59,819 bases of DNA, from NCBI GenBank assembly GCA_002383415.1, contig DFYU01000117.1:18292-78110 (forward strand). Reading direction: 5' to 3'. The notes below the pieces were generated by a model. That model worked only from the letters and a program-made list of their open reading frames with translations. It was not told where the DNA came from and made no database searches. A program made the position numbers and the translations under genes. Every line of letters starts with the position of its first letter. Position 1 is the stretch's first letter. Source of the DNA: Geobacter sp. UBA4074. GTDB lineage: Bacteria > Desulfobacterota > Desulfuromonadia > Geobacterales > Pseudopelobacteraceae. Shown here one piece after another: positions 17,956-26,980 of the stretch.

Positions 17956-18408
17956 TTATTGAAATTGTTTAGTTGGCTCGTATCCAAGCTTACTACGCAA
18001 GTCATTAAATGCATCCTCTAGACGACCGTCCCTTACCCCTCTCCAAACTCCTGATGATCGATAATACGTACTCGTAAGAACACGGCCACTTTTGGCTGCT
18101 ATGAGCTGAAACTGAAATGACCTTAGATATTTTGTCATATCCCAGCCATCGTCATAACTAAACCTCACCAACAAATCATGCTCTGTAGGGTCATCAAAAG
18201 GAGAATTTACAACCATCTTACCCATATCATTCATTTCCCAAAACAGTGCTTGGTACATTTGAAATTCATCTACAGGGTGACGCTCTATGTACGCTCTTTT
18301 ATAACCTTTTATATCCATATCAGATGACATGTCTGTATTTACTGTAACGCAAGAGCAAAGCACTAAAACCAAGCTTGAGCACAAAGCAAATCTGATTATT
18401 TTGAGCAT
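17956..18408 (-). CDS. AT-rich hypothetical lipoprotein
   Basis: Lipobox-like LCSC after hydrophobic stretch; AGGAGG RBS; visibly lower GC than flanks. Confidence 0.75.
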   Translation of the reverse strand: MLKIIRFALCSSLVLVLCSCVTVNTDMSSDMDIKGYKRAYIERHPVDEFQMYQALFWEMNDMGKMVVNSPFDDPTEHDLLVRFSYDDGWDMTKYLRSFQFQLIAAKSGRVLTSTYYRSSGVWRGVRDGRLEDAFNDLRSKLGYEPTKQFQ

Positions 18409-18548
18409 TTACCCTCCTTTATCCCAATTTTGGGCAGCTGATTTAATTATTTCATGCAGTCTTAAGCAGTTTTTTTGACTAGCAGCGTTGGTGACAAAGC
18501 AGCTTAAAAAACAAAAGGGCGCCGTTTCCGAGGCCCTTTCATTACCAC

Positions 18549-19781
18549 CTATTTCAAATTCTTCTTTATCCTCTCCACCGCCTCGATCACATTCTCGCGA
18601 TGGCCGAAGGCCGATAGCCGGAAGAACCCTTCGCCGGATGGGCCGAAGCCGGAGCCGGGGGTGCCAACCACGTTGCATTCCTTCAGCAGCTTGTCGAAGA
18701 AGTCCCAACTGCTCATGCCGCCCGGGGTCTTGAGCCAGATGTAGGGGGCATCCACCCCGCCGTAGCAGGTGACGCCGGCCGCTGTCAGGCCTTCACGGAT
18801 GATGCGGGCGTTCTCCATGTAGTAGTCGATAATCTCTTTGGTCTGCTTCCAGCCCTCATCGCTGTACACGGCTGCGGCGGCCTTCTGCACCGGGTAGGAG
18901 GCGCCGTTGAACTTGGTGGTGGTGCGGCGCAGCCAGAGTTTGTTGAAGGAGTACTTCTCGCCGGTTGCTGTGGTGCCCATCACCTCTTCCGGTACCACCA
19001 CCAGGCCGCAGCGCACGCCGGTGAAGCCGGCGGTCTTGGAGAAGGAACGGAACTCGATGGCGCACTTCTTGGCCCCTTCGATCTCGTAGATCGAGTGGGG
19101 GATCTCCGGGTTGGTGATGAAGGCCTCATAGGCGGCGTCGAAGAAGATCACGGCGTCGTTGGCCAAGGCATAATCGACCCACTTCTTCAGTTCTGCTTTC
19201 GTCGCCACGGTGCCGGTGGGGTTGTTGGGAAAGCAGAGGTAGATGATGTCCACCTTCTGGGTGGGCAGCGAGGGGATGAAGTTATTGGCCTCGTTGCAGG
19301 GCATATAGACGATGTTCTGATAGTAGCCCTTCTCGTCTGCCTCGCCGGTGCGGCCGATCATCACGTTGGTGTCGTTGTAGACCGGGTAGACCGGATCGCC
19401 GATGGCCACCACGTTGTCCAGGGCGAAGATGTCGAGGATGTTGGCGCAGTCGCACTTGGAACCGTCGGAGATGAACATCTCCTCGGTCTTGAGATCAACG
19501 CCCAGCGGCTTGTAAGACTTCTCGATGATGGCGTTGATCAGCCAGTCATAGCCCTGCTCCGGGCCGTAGCCGGCGAACTTGTCGGTGGTGGCCAGATCGT
19601 CCACGGCCTCGTGAAAGGCCTTCAGCACGGCCGGGGCCAGGGGACGGGTCACGTCGCCGATCCCTAAGCGGATCACCTTGGCATCCGGGTTGGCGGCGGC
19701 AAACTCACGCACGCGACGGCCGATCTCGGGAAACAGGTAGCCGGCCTTCAATTTCAGGTAGTTGTCATTAATCTTTGCCAC
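18549..19781 (-). CDS. dapL: LL-diaminopimelate aminotransferase
   Basis: [39 protein letters not shown]. Confidence 0.97.
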   Translation of the reverse strand: MAKINDNYLKLKAGYLFPEIGRRVREFAAANPDAKVIRLGIGDVTRPLAPAVLKAFHEAVDDLATTDKFAGYGPEQGYDWLINAIIEKSYKPLGVDLKTEEMFISDGSKCDCANILDIFALDNVVAIGDPVYPVYNDTNVMIGRTGEADEKGYYQNIVYMPCNEANNFIPSLPTQKVDIIYLCFPNNPTGTVATKAELKKWVDYALANDAVIFFDAAYEAFITNPEIPHSIYEIEGAKKCAIEFRSFSKTAGFTGVRCGLVVVPEEVMGTTATGEKYSFNKLWLRRTTTKFNGASYPVQKAAAAVYSDEGWKQTKEIIDYYMENARIIREGLTAAGVTCYGGVDAPYIWLKTPGGMSSWDFFDKLLKECNVVGTPGSGFGPSGEGFFRLSAFGHRENVIEAVERIKKNLK

Positions 19782-19806
19782 GTTCTATCCTCCAGATTGT
19801 GATTAC

Positions 19807-20028
19807 TTAAGGTATTGACGACAGCTTCTGTTCTCTGCCGATGAAGTAGTACAGGATCACGCCGATCAGCGGCAGGAAGATCACCAGCGCCAGCCAGATC
19901 AGCTTGTTGAGGCCGGAAAATTCGTTCCTGAGGATGTCCACCAACGCCCAGACCCAGGCAGCAAGGCAGGCCAGCGCCAGGATACCGCTGCCCACCACTG
20001 CAAACAGGACCAATATGCCAGCTTCCAT
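19807..20028 (-). CDS. Small membrane protein with PLDc N-terminal domain
   Basis: WALVDI.R..F....KLIW...I.LP.IG.ILYY.IGR. Confidence 0.8.
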   Translation of the reverse strand: MEAGILVLFAVVGSGILALACLAAWVWALVDILRNEFSGLNKLIWLALVIFLPLIGVILYYFIGREQKLSSIP

Positions 20029-20055
20029 GGGGTATACCTGCTTTCTGTAAGGCGG

Positions 20056-20856
20056 CTAGCGCAGGCCCAGCACATCCTGCATGTCGTACAGGCCGGGTTG
20101 CTTGCCCACCACCCACTGGGCGGCACGCACCGAGCCGCGGGAGAACATGTCGCGGGTCATGGCGCGGTGGGAGATCTCGATCCGCTCACCCATGCCGATA
20201 AAGTAGACGGTGTGTTCACCGATGATGTCGCCGCCCCGCACGGTCTGCATGCCGATCTCTTCCTTGGTACGCTCGCCGCAGATCCCCTCGCGGTGGTAGT
20301 TGGCCACCTGGTTGTAGTCGCGGCCCAGCGCCTCGGCCACCACCTCGCCCATCCGCACGGCGGTGCCGGAGGGGGAATCCTTCTTCTTGTTGTGGTGCAG
20401 CTCCACGATCTCCACGTCGAAGTCGTCGCCCAGGGTCTTGGCCACGTCTTTGAGCACCTTGAAGCAGACGTTGACGCCCACCGACATGTTGGGGGCCAGC
20501 ACGGCCGGGATATCCTTGGCCAGCTCGGCGGCGAGAAGCCGCTCCTCGGGGGTGAAGCCGGTGGAACCGATCACGATCGCCTTCTTCCTCAGGCCGCAGA
20601 CCTCCAGGTTCTTGAGCGAGACCTTGGGGGTGGTGAAGTCGATCAGCACATCGCAGCCCGCCACCACGGCGTTCAGGTCGTCGGAGATAGCAACGCCCAG
20701 ACTGCCAACACCGGCGATCAGACCGGCATCCTGGCCCACCTGGGGATGACCGGGACGCTCCAGGGCGCCGGAGATGGTGCAGCCCGCCTCGACAGCGGCA
20801 ACAATAATTCTCTGACCCATGCGGCCGGCGGCACCGCAGACGGCGATTTTAATCAT
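20056..20856 (-). CDS. dapB: 4-hydroxy-tetrahydrodipicolinate reductase
   Basis: GAAGRMG, IDFT, ELHHNKKKDSPSGTA. Confidence 0.97.
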   Translation of the reverse strand: MIKIAVCGAAGRMGQRIIVAAVEAGCTISGALERPGHPQVGQDAGLIAGVGSLGVAISDDLNAVVAGCDVLIDFTTPKVSLKNLEVCGLRKKAIVIGSTGFTPEERLLAAELAKDIPAVLAPNMSVGVNVCFKVLKDVAKTLGDDFDVEIVELHHNKKKDSPSGTAVRMGEVVAEALGRDYNQVANYHREGICGERTKEEIGMQTVRGGDIIGEHTVYFIGMGERIEISHRAMTRDMFSRGSVRAAQWVVGKQPGLYDMQDVLGLR

Positions 20857-20872
20857 ACGAAACCTCTTGTCT

Positions 20873-21003
20873 CACCACAGAGGGCACAGAGTACCTCGGA
20901 GGGAAACAGCAAAGCATCTGAGGAAACAAAAACAAATCTTTCAATCTGAATGGATTTTGTTTTCCCGGTTTTTCTCTGCGTCCCCCTGCGTCCTCTGCGG
21001 TAA
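20873..21003. repeat. Imperfect inverted-repeat element with 9-10-nt periodic arms (MITE/REP-like)
   Basis: Left ACCACAGAGGGCACAGAGTACCTCGGAGG; right (reverse complement) ACCGCAGAGGACGCAGGGGGACGCAGAG. Confidence 0.65.
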
Positions 21004-21010
21004 ATAGAAT

Positions 21011-21883
21011 TTAAATCAGCTTGTACTCTTTCATGATGGCTTCCAGCTTGGCCTTGTTGGCGGCGCTCATCGGTGCCAGCGGCAGGCGCACCTCGTCGGA
21101 GCACTTACCCATCAGCCCCAGGGCGGTCTTGACCGGCACCGGGTTGCTCTCGATGAACATGGCGTTGCTGATCTTCAAGGTATCCAGGTGCAGCTTGCGG
21201 GCTGTGGCCAGATCGCCGGCGAAGTAGGCGTCGGTAAGGCTCGCAACTGCCTTAGGCATGATGTTGGCCAGCACCGAGATGACCCCCTTGGCGCCACAGG
21301 CCATCATCGGGAAGGTGATGAAGTCGTCGCCGGACAGCACGTCGATCTGGTCGCCGCACAGCGCCAATATCTCGGAGGCCTGCTGCAGTGAACCGGTGGC
21401 CTCTTTGATGGCCACGATGTTTGCGATCGAAGACAGACGGGCCACGGTCTCGGGCAGCAGGTTGACCCCGGTGCGACCCGGTACGTTATACAGGATCTGC
21501 GGGATGGCAACGGCCTCGGCCACCGCCTTGTAGTGCAGGTACAGGCCTTCCTGGGTCGGCTTGTTGTAGTAGGGGGTCACCAGCAGGCAGCCGTCGGCCC
21601 CCAGCTGCTTGGCATGCTCGGTCATCTCGATCGCCTCGCGGGTCGAGTTGGAGCCGGTGCCGGCGATGACCGGGACCCGCTTCTTGACCTGCTCAACCAC
21701 GATCTGGATCACGCGGTCATGCTCTTCGTAATCCAGGGTGGACGACTCGCCGGTGGTGCCGCAGGGCACAATGGCGTCGGTGCCGCCCTCGATCTGGAAC
21801 TCAACCAGCTCCCGCAGCTTCTCTTCGTCAACCGCACCATTCTTGAATGGTGTAACGATTGCAACAATACTCCCCTTGAACAT
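21011..21883 (-). CDS. dapA: 4-hydroxy-tetrahydrodipicolinate synthase
   Basis: GTTGES, PYYNKP, YNVPGRT, IKEATG. Confidence 0.97.
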   Translation of the reverse strand: MFKGSIVAIVTPFKNGAVDEEKLRELVEFQIEGGTDAIVPCGTTGESSTLDYEEHDRVIQIVVEQVKKRVPVIAGTGSNSTREAIEMTEHAKQLGADGCLLVTPYYNKPTQEGLYLHYKAVAEAVAIPQILYNVPGRTGVNLLPETVARLSSIANIVAIKEATGSLQQASEILALCGDQIDVLSGDDFITFPMMACGAKGVISVLANIMPKAVASLTDAYFAGDLATARKLHLDTLKISNAMFIESNPVPVKTALGLMGKCSDEVRLPLAPMSAANKAKLEAIMKEYKLI

Positions 21884-21923
21884 GACTGCCTCCCCTTAGA
21901 CACGAGAATATGCACACGCAGAA

Positions 21924-22307
21924 CTAGTCTGAAATCTTCCAGTAGTAGATATGAAAGCCCGCCCCATGCTCGTCAACCGGTGCCGGGCGCAGCTCCCACA
22001 GCAAATCCCATTGTCGCTTGGGATTGGCGCTCTGAAAACGACCCGGCTCACCCTTGAGCGGATACATCCGCCAGCCCAGCCGTTTGGAGGCGGCCAGCAG
22101 TTCCCGCTGGACCTGCTTTTGCAGACGTGTACTGCTGTAGCGCATCCGCAGGTTGGGCGATTCGATGCAGGGGGTGTCGTCCTCACCCGGTCGGCACAGC
22201 TCGATTACCGCGCCGGGCAGCACCGGGAAAAGCCGTTCAGTAACCGCCAGGGCCGGATCTACACTGACCAGCAGCAGCAGCATTGCAAAGCCAACCACAG
22301 GCTTCAT
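21924..22307 (-). CDS. Exported hypothetical protein
   Basis: Signal-peptide-like MKPVVGFAMLLLLVSVDPALA; start uncertain (ORF extends to 22385). Confidence 0.55.
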   Translation of the reverse strand: MKPVVGFAMLLLLVSVDPALAVTERLFPVLPGAVIELCRPGEDDTPCIESPNLRMRYSSTRLQKQVQRELLAASKRLGWRMYPLKGEPGRFQSANPKRQWDLLWELRPAPVDEHGAGFHIYYWKISD

Positions 22308-22400
22308 CCGACCAGCCGCAGCACGAAATAACGATCTAATCCGTTGAAAATCGTAACGTATAGTAAAAGTGGAATTATTTACCATGCCACCCGGAAAATG

Positions 22401-23429
22401 TCAAAACGTGTTTATACGGTGGATAAAGGCGATCAGCAGGCCGTAATGAAAGTGATTGAACGGGAAGCGCAACCGCGGCAGCTCGGCCAGGTCGGGCTGA
22501 TCATCCTCGCACTCCAGCGGCCCACAACACTCAATCCGTCCACCTTCAAGGATCAGTTCAGGGAACTCCTGCTCCAGGGTACGGATCTGCTCGTCCGTCA
22601 AGGGTCTGTTGAGCCGGATGATGGCCAGTTCATCATGAAAACGGACCGAATGGTAGACACGGTAGAAGTTCTCGATCACCTGGGCCGCCTCGTGCTCGTC
22701 CTTGGTGATGGTGAAGATCGAAAAATCCTCACCGGAGATCAGCCCCTTGCTCAAGAGCTGTTCCTTGACAAACTCGAAGAACTGCTCCCAGAAGCCGTCG
22801 GCATCGTCCACCAGCACCAGCGGCTTGGGTGAGGTCTTGCCGGTCTGTACCAGGGTAAAGACCTCCATCGCCTCGTCAAGGGTGCCGAACCCGCCAGGGA
22901 AGACCGCCACCGCGTCGGCCTCTTTGACAAAGGCAACCTTGCGGTTGAAGAAGTACTTATAGGTGACCAGACGGGGATTGCGCTGCATGATCGGGTTGGC
23001 GCTCTGCTCGAACGGCAACTTGATGTTGACCGCAAAGGAGTTCTCACTACCGGCCCCTTGGTTGCCGGCCTGCATGATGCCGCCGCCACCCCCGGTGATC
23101 GCCATCCAGCCCTTATCGGCCAGCAGCCGGGCGAAACGGACGCAGGTCTGGTAAATCGGCTCTTCGGGCTTGGTGCGTGCCGAGCCGAAGATGGTGATCT
23201 TTTTCCGGTCACGGTACGGGGCAAAGACCCGGGTGGTGTAGCGCATCTCGCGCAGGGTGCGGTTAATCAGCTTGAGATCGGGGATGTAATCGGTCTCCTG
23301 ACCGATCTTGAGGGCCGCAATCAGCAACTCCCGCACCAGTTCAGGATGATAAATGTCACCGCTGGAAGCCAGCAGGCGTTCGATCAGACGATCAACCTCT
23401 TCGTTGGTGTGGGAAAAACTGAGATCCAT
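22401..23429 (-). CDS. LOG family (TIGR00730-like) nucleotide monophosphate nucleosidase, long form
   Basis: IFGSAR, TGGGGGIM, FFNRK, FPGGFGTLDE. Confidence 0.9.
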   Translation of the reverse strand: MDLSFSHTNEEVDRLIERLLASSGDIYHPELVRELLIAALKIGQETDYIPDLKLINRTLREMRYTTRVFAPYRDRKKITIFGSARTKPEEPIYQTCVRFARLLADKGWMAITGGGGGIMQAGNQGAGSENSFAVNIKLPFEQSANPIMQRNPRLVTYKYFFNRKVAFVKEADAVAVFPGGFGTLDEAMEVFTLVQTGKTSPKPLVLVDDADGFWEQFFEFVKEQLLSKGLISGEDFSIFTITKDEHEAAQVIENFYRVYHSVRFHDELAIIRLNRPLTDEQIRTLEQEFPELILEGGRIECCGPLECEDDQPDLAELPRLRFPFNHFHYGLLIAFIHRINTF

Positions 23430-23604
23430 GGACCCTCCGGACGCAGACTGCGGCAACGTTGTGTGGGGCGCACCCTAACACAGTTCAAAGGTGCTGTAAA
23501 CCGCTGGTCGGCCGGATTCACAGCTTGCAATTTTGCCTGTGTCCGTAGTAGTATGCATACCTTTCCGGCACTGCCGGAGTCCCGTCCAAAGGAGCCTGTT
23601 ATCC

Positions 23605-25209
23605 ATGCTTGACCTGATTCGCAAAAAGAAGGAATCGATCATCATCAAGGTGGTTTTCGCGGTTATTGTACTATCGTTCATCGGCACGATCTTCCTGGTC
23701 TGGGGCAAGGGTGAGGAAGGCTTCAGCACCGGAGGCGCCGGCTATGCCGCCAAGGTGGACCGTACCACCATCTCGCTGGAGCAGTACCAAAACTCGTACC
23801 AACGGCTGCGTGACATCTATCTGCAGCTGTTCGGCCAGGCCGCCGGCGGCCTGACCCCGGAACTGGAAAAGCAGCTCAACATCCGCCAGGCAGCCCTGGA
23901 CCGCCTGATCGACAGCGTTCTGCTGACCAAGGGAGCCAAGGAGCTGGGCGTAAAGGTCAGCAAGGATGAGGTGGCTGCGGCAATCGCCGCCATGCCGGCC
24001 TTCCAGAACAACGGCGCCTTCGACCTGGCCCTGTATCAACAAACTCTCAAGATGTCCCGCATCACCCCCAGCGACTTCGAAGATTCGCAGAAGGCCGACC
24101 TGCTGATCGCCAAGACACGCAAGGCGATCATGGATAAGGCCCAGGTCAGCGACGACGACGCCAAGGCCCAGTATCACAAGGAACGCGACCGGATTGAACT
24201 GAACTACGTCTCGTTCAGTGCTGCCGAACTGGCTGCCGGCGTCAAACCGAGCGAAGCAGAGCTGGACGACTACCTCAAAAACAACGCAGACAAATTCAAG
24301 AGCCCGGAAAAGGTGGCCATCAGCTATCTGCTGCTGGACCCTTCCTCTCAAGTTGCCAGCCAGCAGGTGACAACCGAAGAACAGGAGAGCTTCTACCGCA
24401 AGAACCTGGATCGCTACCTGGGCAACGACAACAGCCCGATCCCCTTTGAACAGGTCAAGCAGCGCGTACTGGCCGACGCCAAGCGCAGCAAGGCCAGCAA
24501 GGCGACCTTTGAAAAGGCGGCCGACACCCTTTTCCAGAACATCAAGAGCGCTGATCTGCAGCTGGTGGCCAGCAAACTGGGCACCACGACCCGCGATACC
24601 GGCCTGTTCACCGCCGCTGCACCACCCCAGGCCCTGGCCGGAGAACAGGCGCTGCTGCAGAAGGCCTTTGAACTGAAGGCCGGCGAACTGGGCGGACCGC
24701 TGGAAACCGCCAAAGGGATCTACATCTTCAAGGTAAAGGAAAAACAACCGGCTGCGCTGCTGCCGCTGTCCCAGGTGCGCGGCACGGTGGAGCAGCAGGT
24801 GCGTGCCGCCAAGGCGGCTGAGCTAGCCAAGCAAAAGGCGGTGGATGCCCAGAAGCAACTGGCCACCAGCAACCTTTCCGGCCTGAAGCTACAATCCACA
24901 ACGGCCTTCGGTTACAACGCCAAGGGCGATCTGCCCGGTATCGGCACCTCACAAACACTGATGGAAGATGCCTTTAAACTGACCACAGCCGCTCCGGCCT
25001 TGAGCGAGCCGATGCTGATCGGCAACCGCTGGTACGCGGTGCGGCTTAAGCAGCGTATTGCTGCGCCTGAAGCTGATTTCGCCGCCCAGAAGGAGGCCCT
25101 CAAACAGCGCATGCTGCCCCAGCGCCAGGAAGAGGCACTCAAGAGCTGGCTAAAAGAGCGTCGCGACAAGGCCAAGATCGTCATAAACCAGGCCCTGCTG
25201 GAGCAGTAA
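23605..25209 (+). CDS. ppiD: PpiD/SurA N-terminal domain periplasmic chaperone
   Basis: N-terminal membrane anchor, SurA_N-like domain, degenerate rotamase domains. Confidence 0.82.
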   Translation: MLDLIRKKKESIIIKVVFAVIVLSFIGTIFLVWGKGEEGFSTGGAGYAAKVDRTTISLEQYQNSYQRLRDIYLQLFGQAAGGLTPELEKQLNIRQAALDRLIDSVLLTKGAKELGVKVSKDEVAAAIAAMPAFQNNGAFDLALYQQTLKMSRITPSDFEDSQKADLLIAKTRKAIMDKAQVSDDDAKAQYHKERDRIELNYVSFSAAELAAGVKPSEAELDDYLKNNADKFKSPEKVAISYLLLDPSSQVASQQVTTEEQESFYRKNLDRYLGNDNSPIPFEQVKQRVLADAKRSKASKATFEKAADTLFQNIKSADLQLVASKLGTTTRDTGLFTAAAPPQALAGEQALLQKAFELKAGELGGPLETAKGIYIFKVKEKQPAALLPLSQVRGTVEQQVRAAKAAELAKQKAVDAQKQLATSNLSGLKLQSTTAFGYNAKGDLPGIGTSQTLMEDAFKLTTAAPALSEPMLIGNRWYAVRLKQRIAAPEADFAAQKEALKQRMLPQRQEEALKSWLKERRDKAKIVINQALLEQ

Positions 25210-25263
25210 TTCACCTACTTAGATTTTCAGACCACGTTTATTGTCTTGTTAAGGAGAAGCGCC

Positions 25264-26154
25264 ATGACACAACCCGTAAAGCAGACCGATTTCCCTGGCC
25301 TGAAACTGATCAGCCGCGGCAAGGTACGTGACATCTATGATCTGGGAGAGACCCTGTTGATGGTCACCTCCGACCGGATCTCTGCCTTTGACGTGATCAT
25401 GAACGAGCCGATCCCTGACAAGGGTGCGGTGCTGACCCAGATCTCCAAGTTCTGGTTCGCACAGATGGAAGACATCATCCCCAACCATATCATCTCCACC
25501 GATGTGGCCGACTACCCAGCTGAGTGCCAACCCTACGCCGACGTGCTGGCCGGTCGCTCGATGTGGGTCAAGAAGGCTCAACCCTTGGCCGCCGAGTGCA
25601 TCGTGCGCGGCTATGTCTCCGGCTCGGGCTGGAAAGATTACAAGGCTACCGGTTCCATCTGCGGCATCAAGCTGCCGGAAGGGCTGAAGGAATCCGACCG
25701 CCTGGCAGAGCCGATCTTCACCCCTTCCACCAAGGCCGAACTGGGGACCCACGACGAAAACATCTCCTTTGACGAGATGGCCACGATCTGCGGCAAAGAA
25801 CTGGCTGAGCAGGCTCGCGAGGCCACCATCAAGATCTACTGCCGGGCCCGCGACATCGCTGCCCAGAAGGGGATCATCATCGCCGACACCAAGTTCGAGT
25901 TCGGCGTGTTTGAGGGCAAGCTGATCATCATCGACGAGTGCCTGACCCCTGATTCAAGCCGTTTCTGGCCTGCCGACCAGTACCAGCCCGGCGGTCCCCA
26001 GCCCAGCTTCGACAAGCAGTTCCTGCGGGATTACCTGGAGACCCTGGATTGGGGCAAGACCGCTCCGGCGCCGCCCCTGCCGGAGGAGATCGTGCGCAAG
26101 ACCGGCGAGAAGTATAAGGAGGCGCTGTTCCGCCTGGCCGGTATCAGCCTCTAG
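25264..26154 (+). CDS. purC: Phosphoribosylaminoimidazolesuccinocarboxamide synthase
   Basis: [37 protein letters not shown]. Confidence 0.98.
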   Translation: MTQPVKQTDFPGLKLISRGKVRDIYDLGETLLMVTSDRISAFDVIMNEPIPDKGAVLTQISKFWFAQMEDIIPNHIISTDVADYPAECQPYADVLAGRSMWVKKAQPLAAECIVRGYVSGSGWKDYKATGSICGIKLPEGLKESDRLAEPIFTPSTKAELGTHDENISFDEMATICGKELAEQAREATIKIYCRARDIAAQKGIIIADTKFEFGVFEGKLIIIDECLTPDSSRFWPADQYQPGGPQPSFDKQFLRDYLETLDWGKTAPAPPLPEEIVRKTGEKYKEALFRLAGISL

Positions 26155-26173
26155 CAGTCTGTGTTCCAGCACT

Positions 26174-26206
26174 AAAAATCCCGCCGGCTTACCGGCGGGA
26201 TTTTTT
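26174..26206 (+). terminator. Rho-independent terminator after purC
   Basis: AAAAATCCCGCCGG-CTTA-CCGGCGGGATTTTTT. Confidence 0.9.
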
Positions 26207-26218
26207 CATGTCTGCCAT

Positions 26219-26246
26219 TTGACTGTGACCGATGATGCGCTATAGT
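26219..26246 (+). promoter_or_regulatory. Putative sigma70 promoter
   Basis: TTGACT-N16-TATAGT upstream of the 26283 small ORF. Confidence 0.55.
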
Positions 26247-26282
26247 TAATTTCTAGCATTTTAGCGCACAAAGGAGTCTCCC

Positions 26283-26462
26283 ATGAAACTCGACGAGGTC
26301 AAAAAAATAGCGGAGCAGCATGGCATTAAACCAGGCAAGCAGCGCAAGGCGGACCTGATCAGGGCCATCCAGCAGGCCGAGGGCAACCTGCCCTGCTACG
26401 ATACCGGCCAGGTGGAGCAATGTGGCCAGCTCGATTGTTGCTGGCGCGATGACTGTGAATGA
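26283..26462 (+). CDS. 59-aa SAP/Rho-N-like protein with Cys-rich C-terminus (not in ORF track)
   Basis: MKLDEVKKIAEQHGIKPGKQRKADLIRAIQQAEGNLPCYDTGQVEQCGQLDCCWRDDCE; AAGGAG RBS; own promoter and terminator. Confidence 0.85.
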   Translation: MKLDEVKKIAEQHGIKPGKQRKADLIRAIQQAEGNLPCYDTGQVEQCGQLDCCWRDDCE

Positions 26463-26495
26463 TTACTCTACCTGCACCTCGTATTCAGAGGTTCT

Positions 26496-26540
26496 ACAAA
26501 CAAATGGCCCGCCGACTCTGTCAGCGGGCCATTTGTTTGT
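26496..26540. terminator. Bidirectional terminator
   Basis: ACAAACAAATGGCCCGC...GCGGGCCATTTGTTTGT. Confidence 0.85.
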
Positions 26541-26566
26541 AGTAGACCGCACTGACACTACGTTGG

Positions 26567-26980
26567 TCAGTGTATCCCCTTTTCGTTTAAGAACCGCCCC
26601 ACCTCGCGGTCACGGGTGGAGATATGCTGCACCAGCCAATCCAGCAAGAGCTTGTTGGTGGTGAGCACATGGTCCAGTTGCACCTCTCCTTCAGCCCGGA
26701 TCGAAGACTTCAGATCGGCCAGCCGCTTGACAAAACCGAGGTGCAGCAGCTGATGGCTCTGAAAATCGGGAAAGCCACTGGTCTGCTGCAACTGTTCTTC
26801 ATCGCCGAAATGTTTGACCACATACTCATCCAAAAAATCGAGCAGCCGCGCCAGCTCGGCCCGCCCCTCGCCGCGCCGGCAGGCGGCCAGCAGGGTGTCG
26901 AAACGTTGCAAAAGCTCGCGATGCTGTTCATCAATCCGCTGATTGCCGATAGCCAACTCTTCGCGCCAACTAATACTCAT
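26567..26980 (-). CDS. Bacteriohemerythrin
   Basis: W...L.IG...IDEQH, HFGDEE, HQLLH, WLVQHISTRD di-iron ligands. Confidence 0.93.
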   Translation of the reverse strand: MSISWREELAIGNQRIDEQHRELLQRFDTLLAACRRGEGRAELARLLDFLDEYVVKHFGDEEQLQQTSGFPDFQSHQLLHLGFVKRLADLKSSIRAEGEVQLDHVLTTNKLLLDWLVQHISTRDREVGRFLNEKGIH

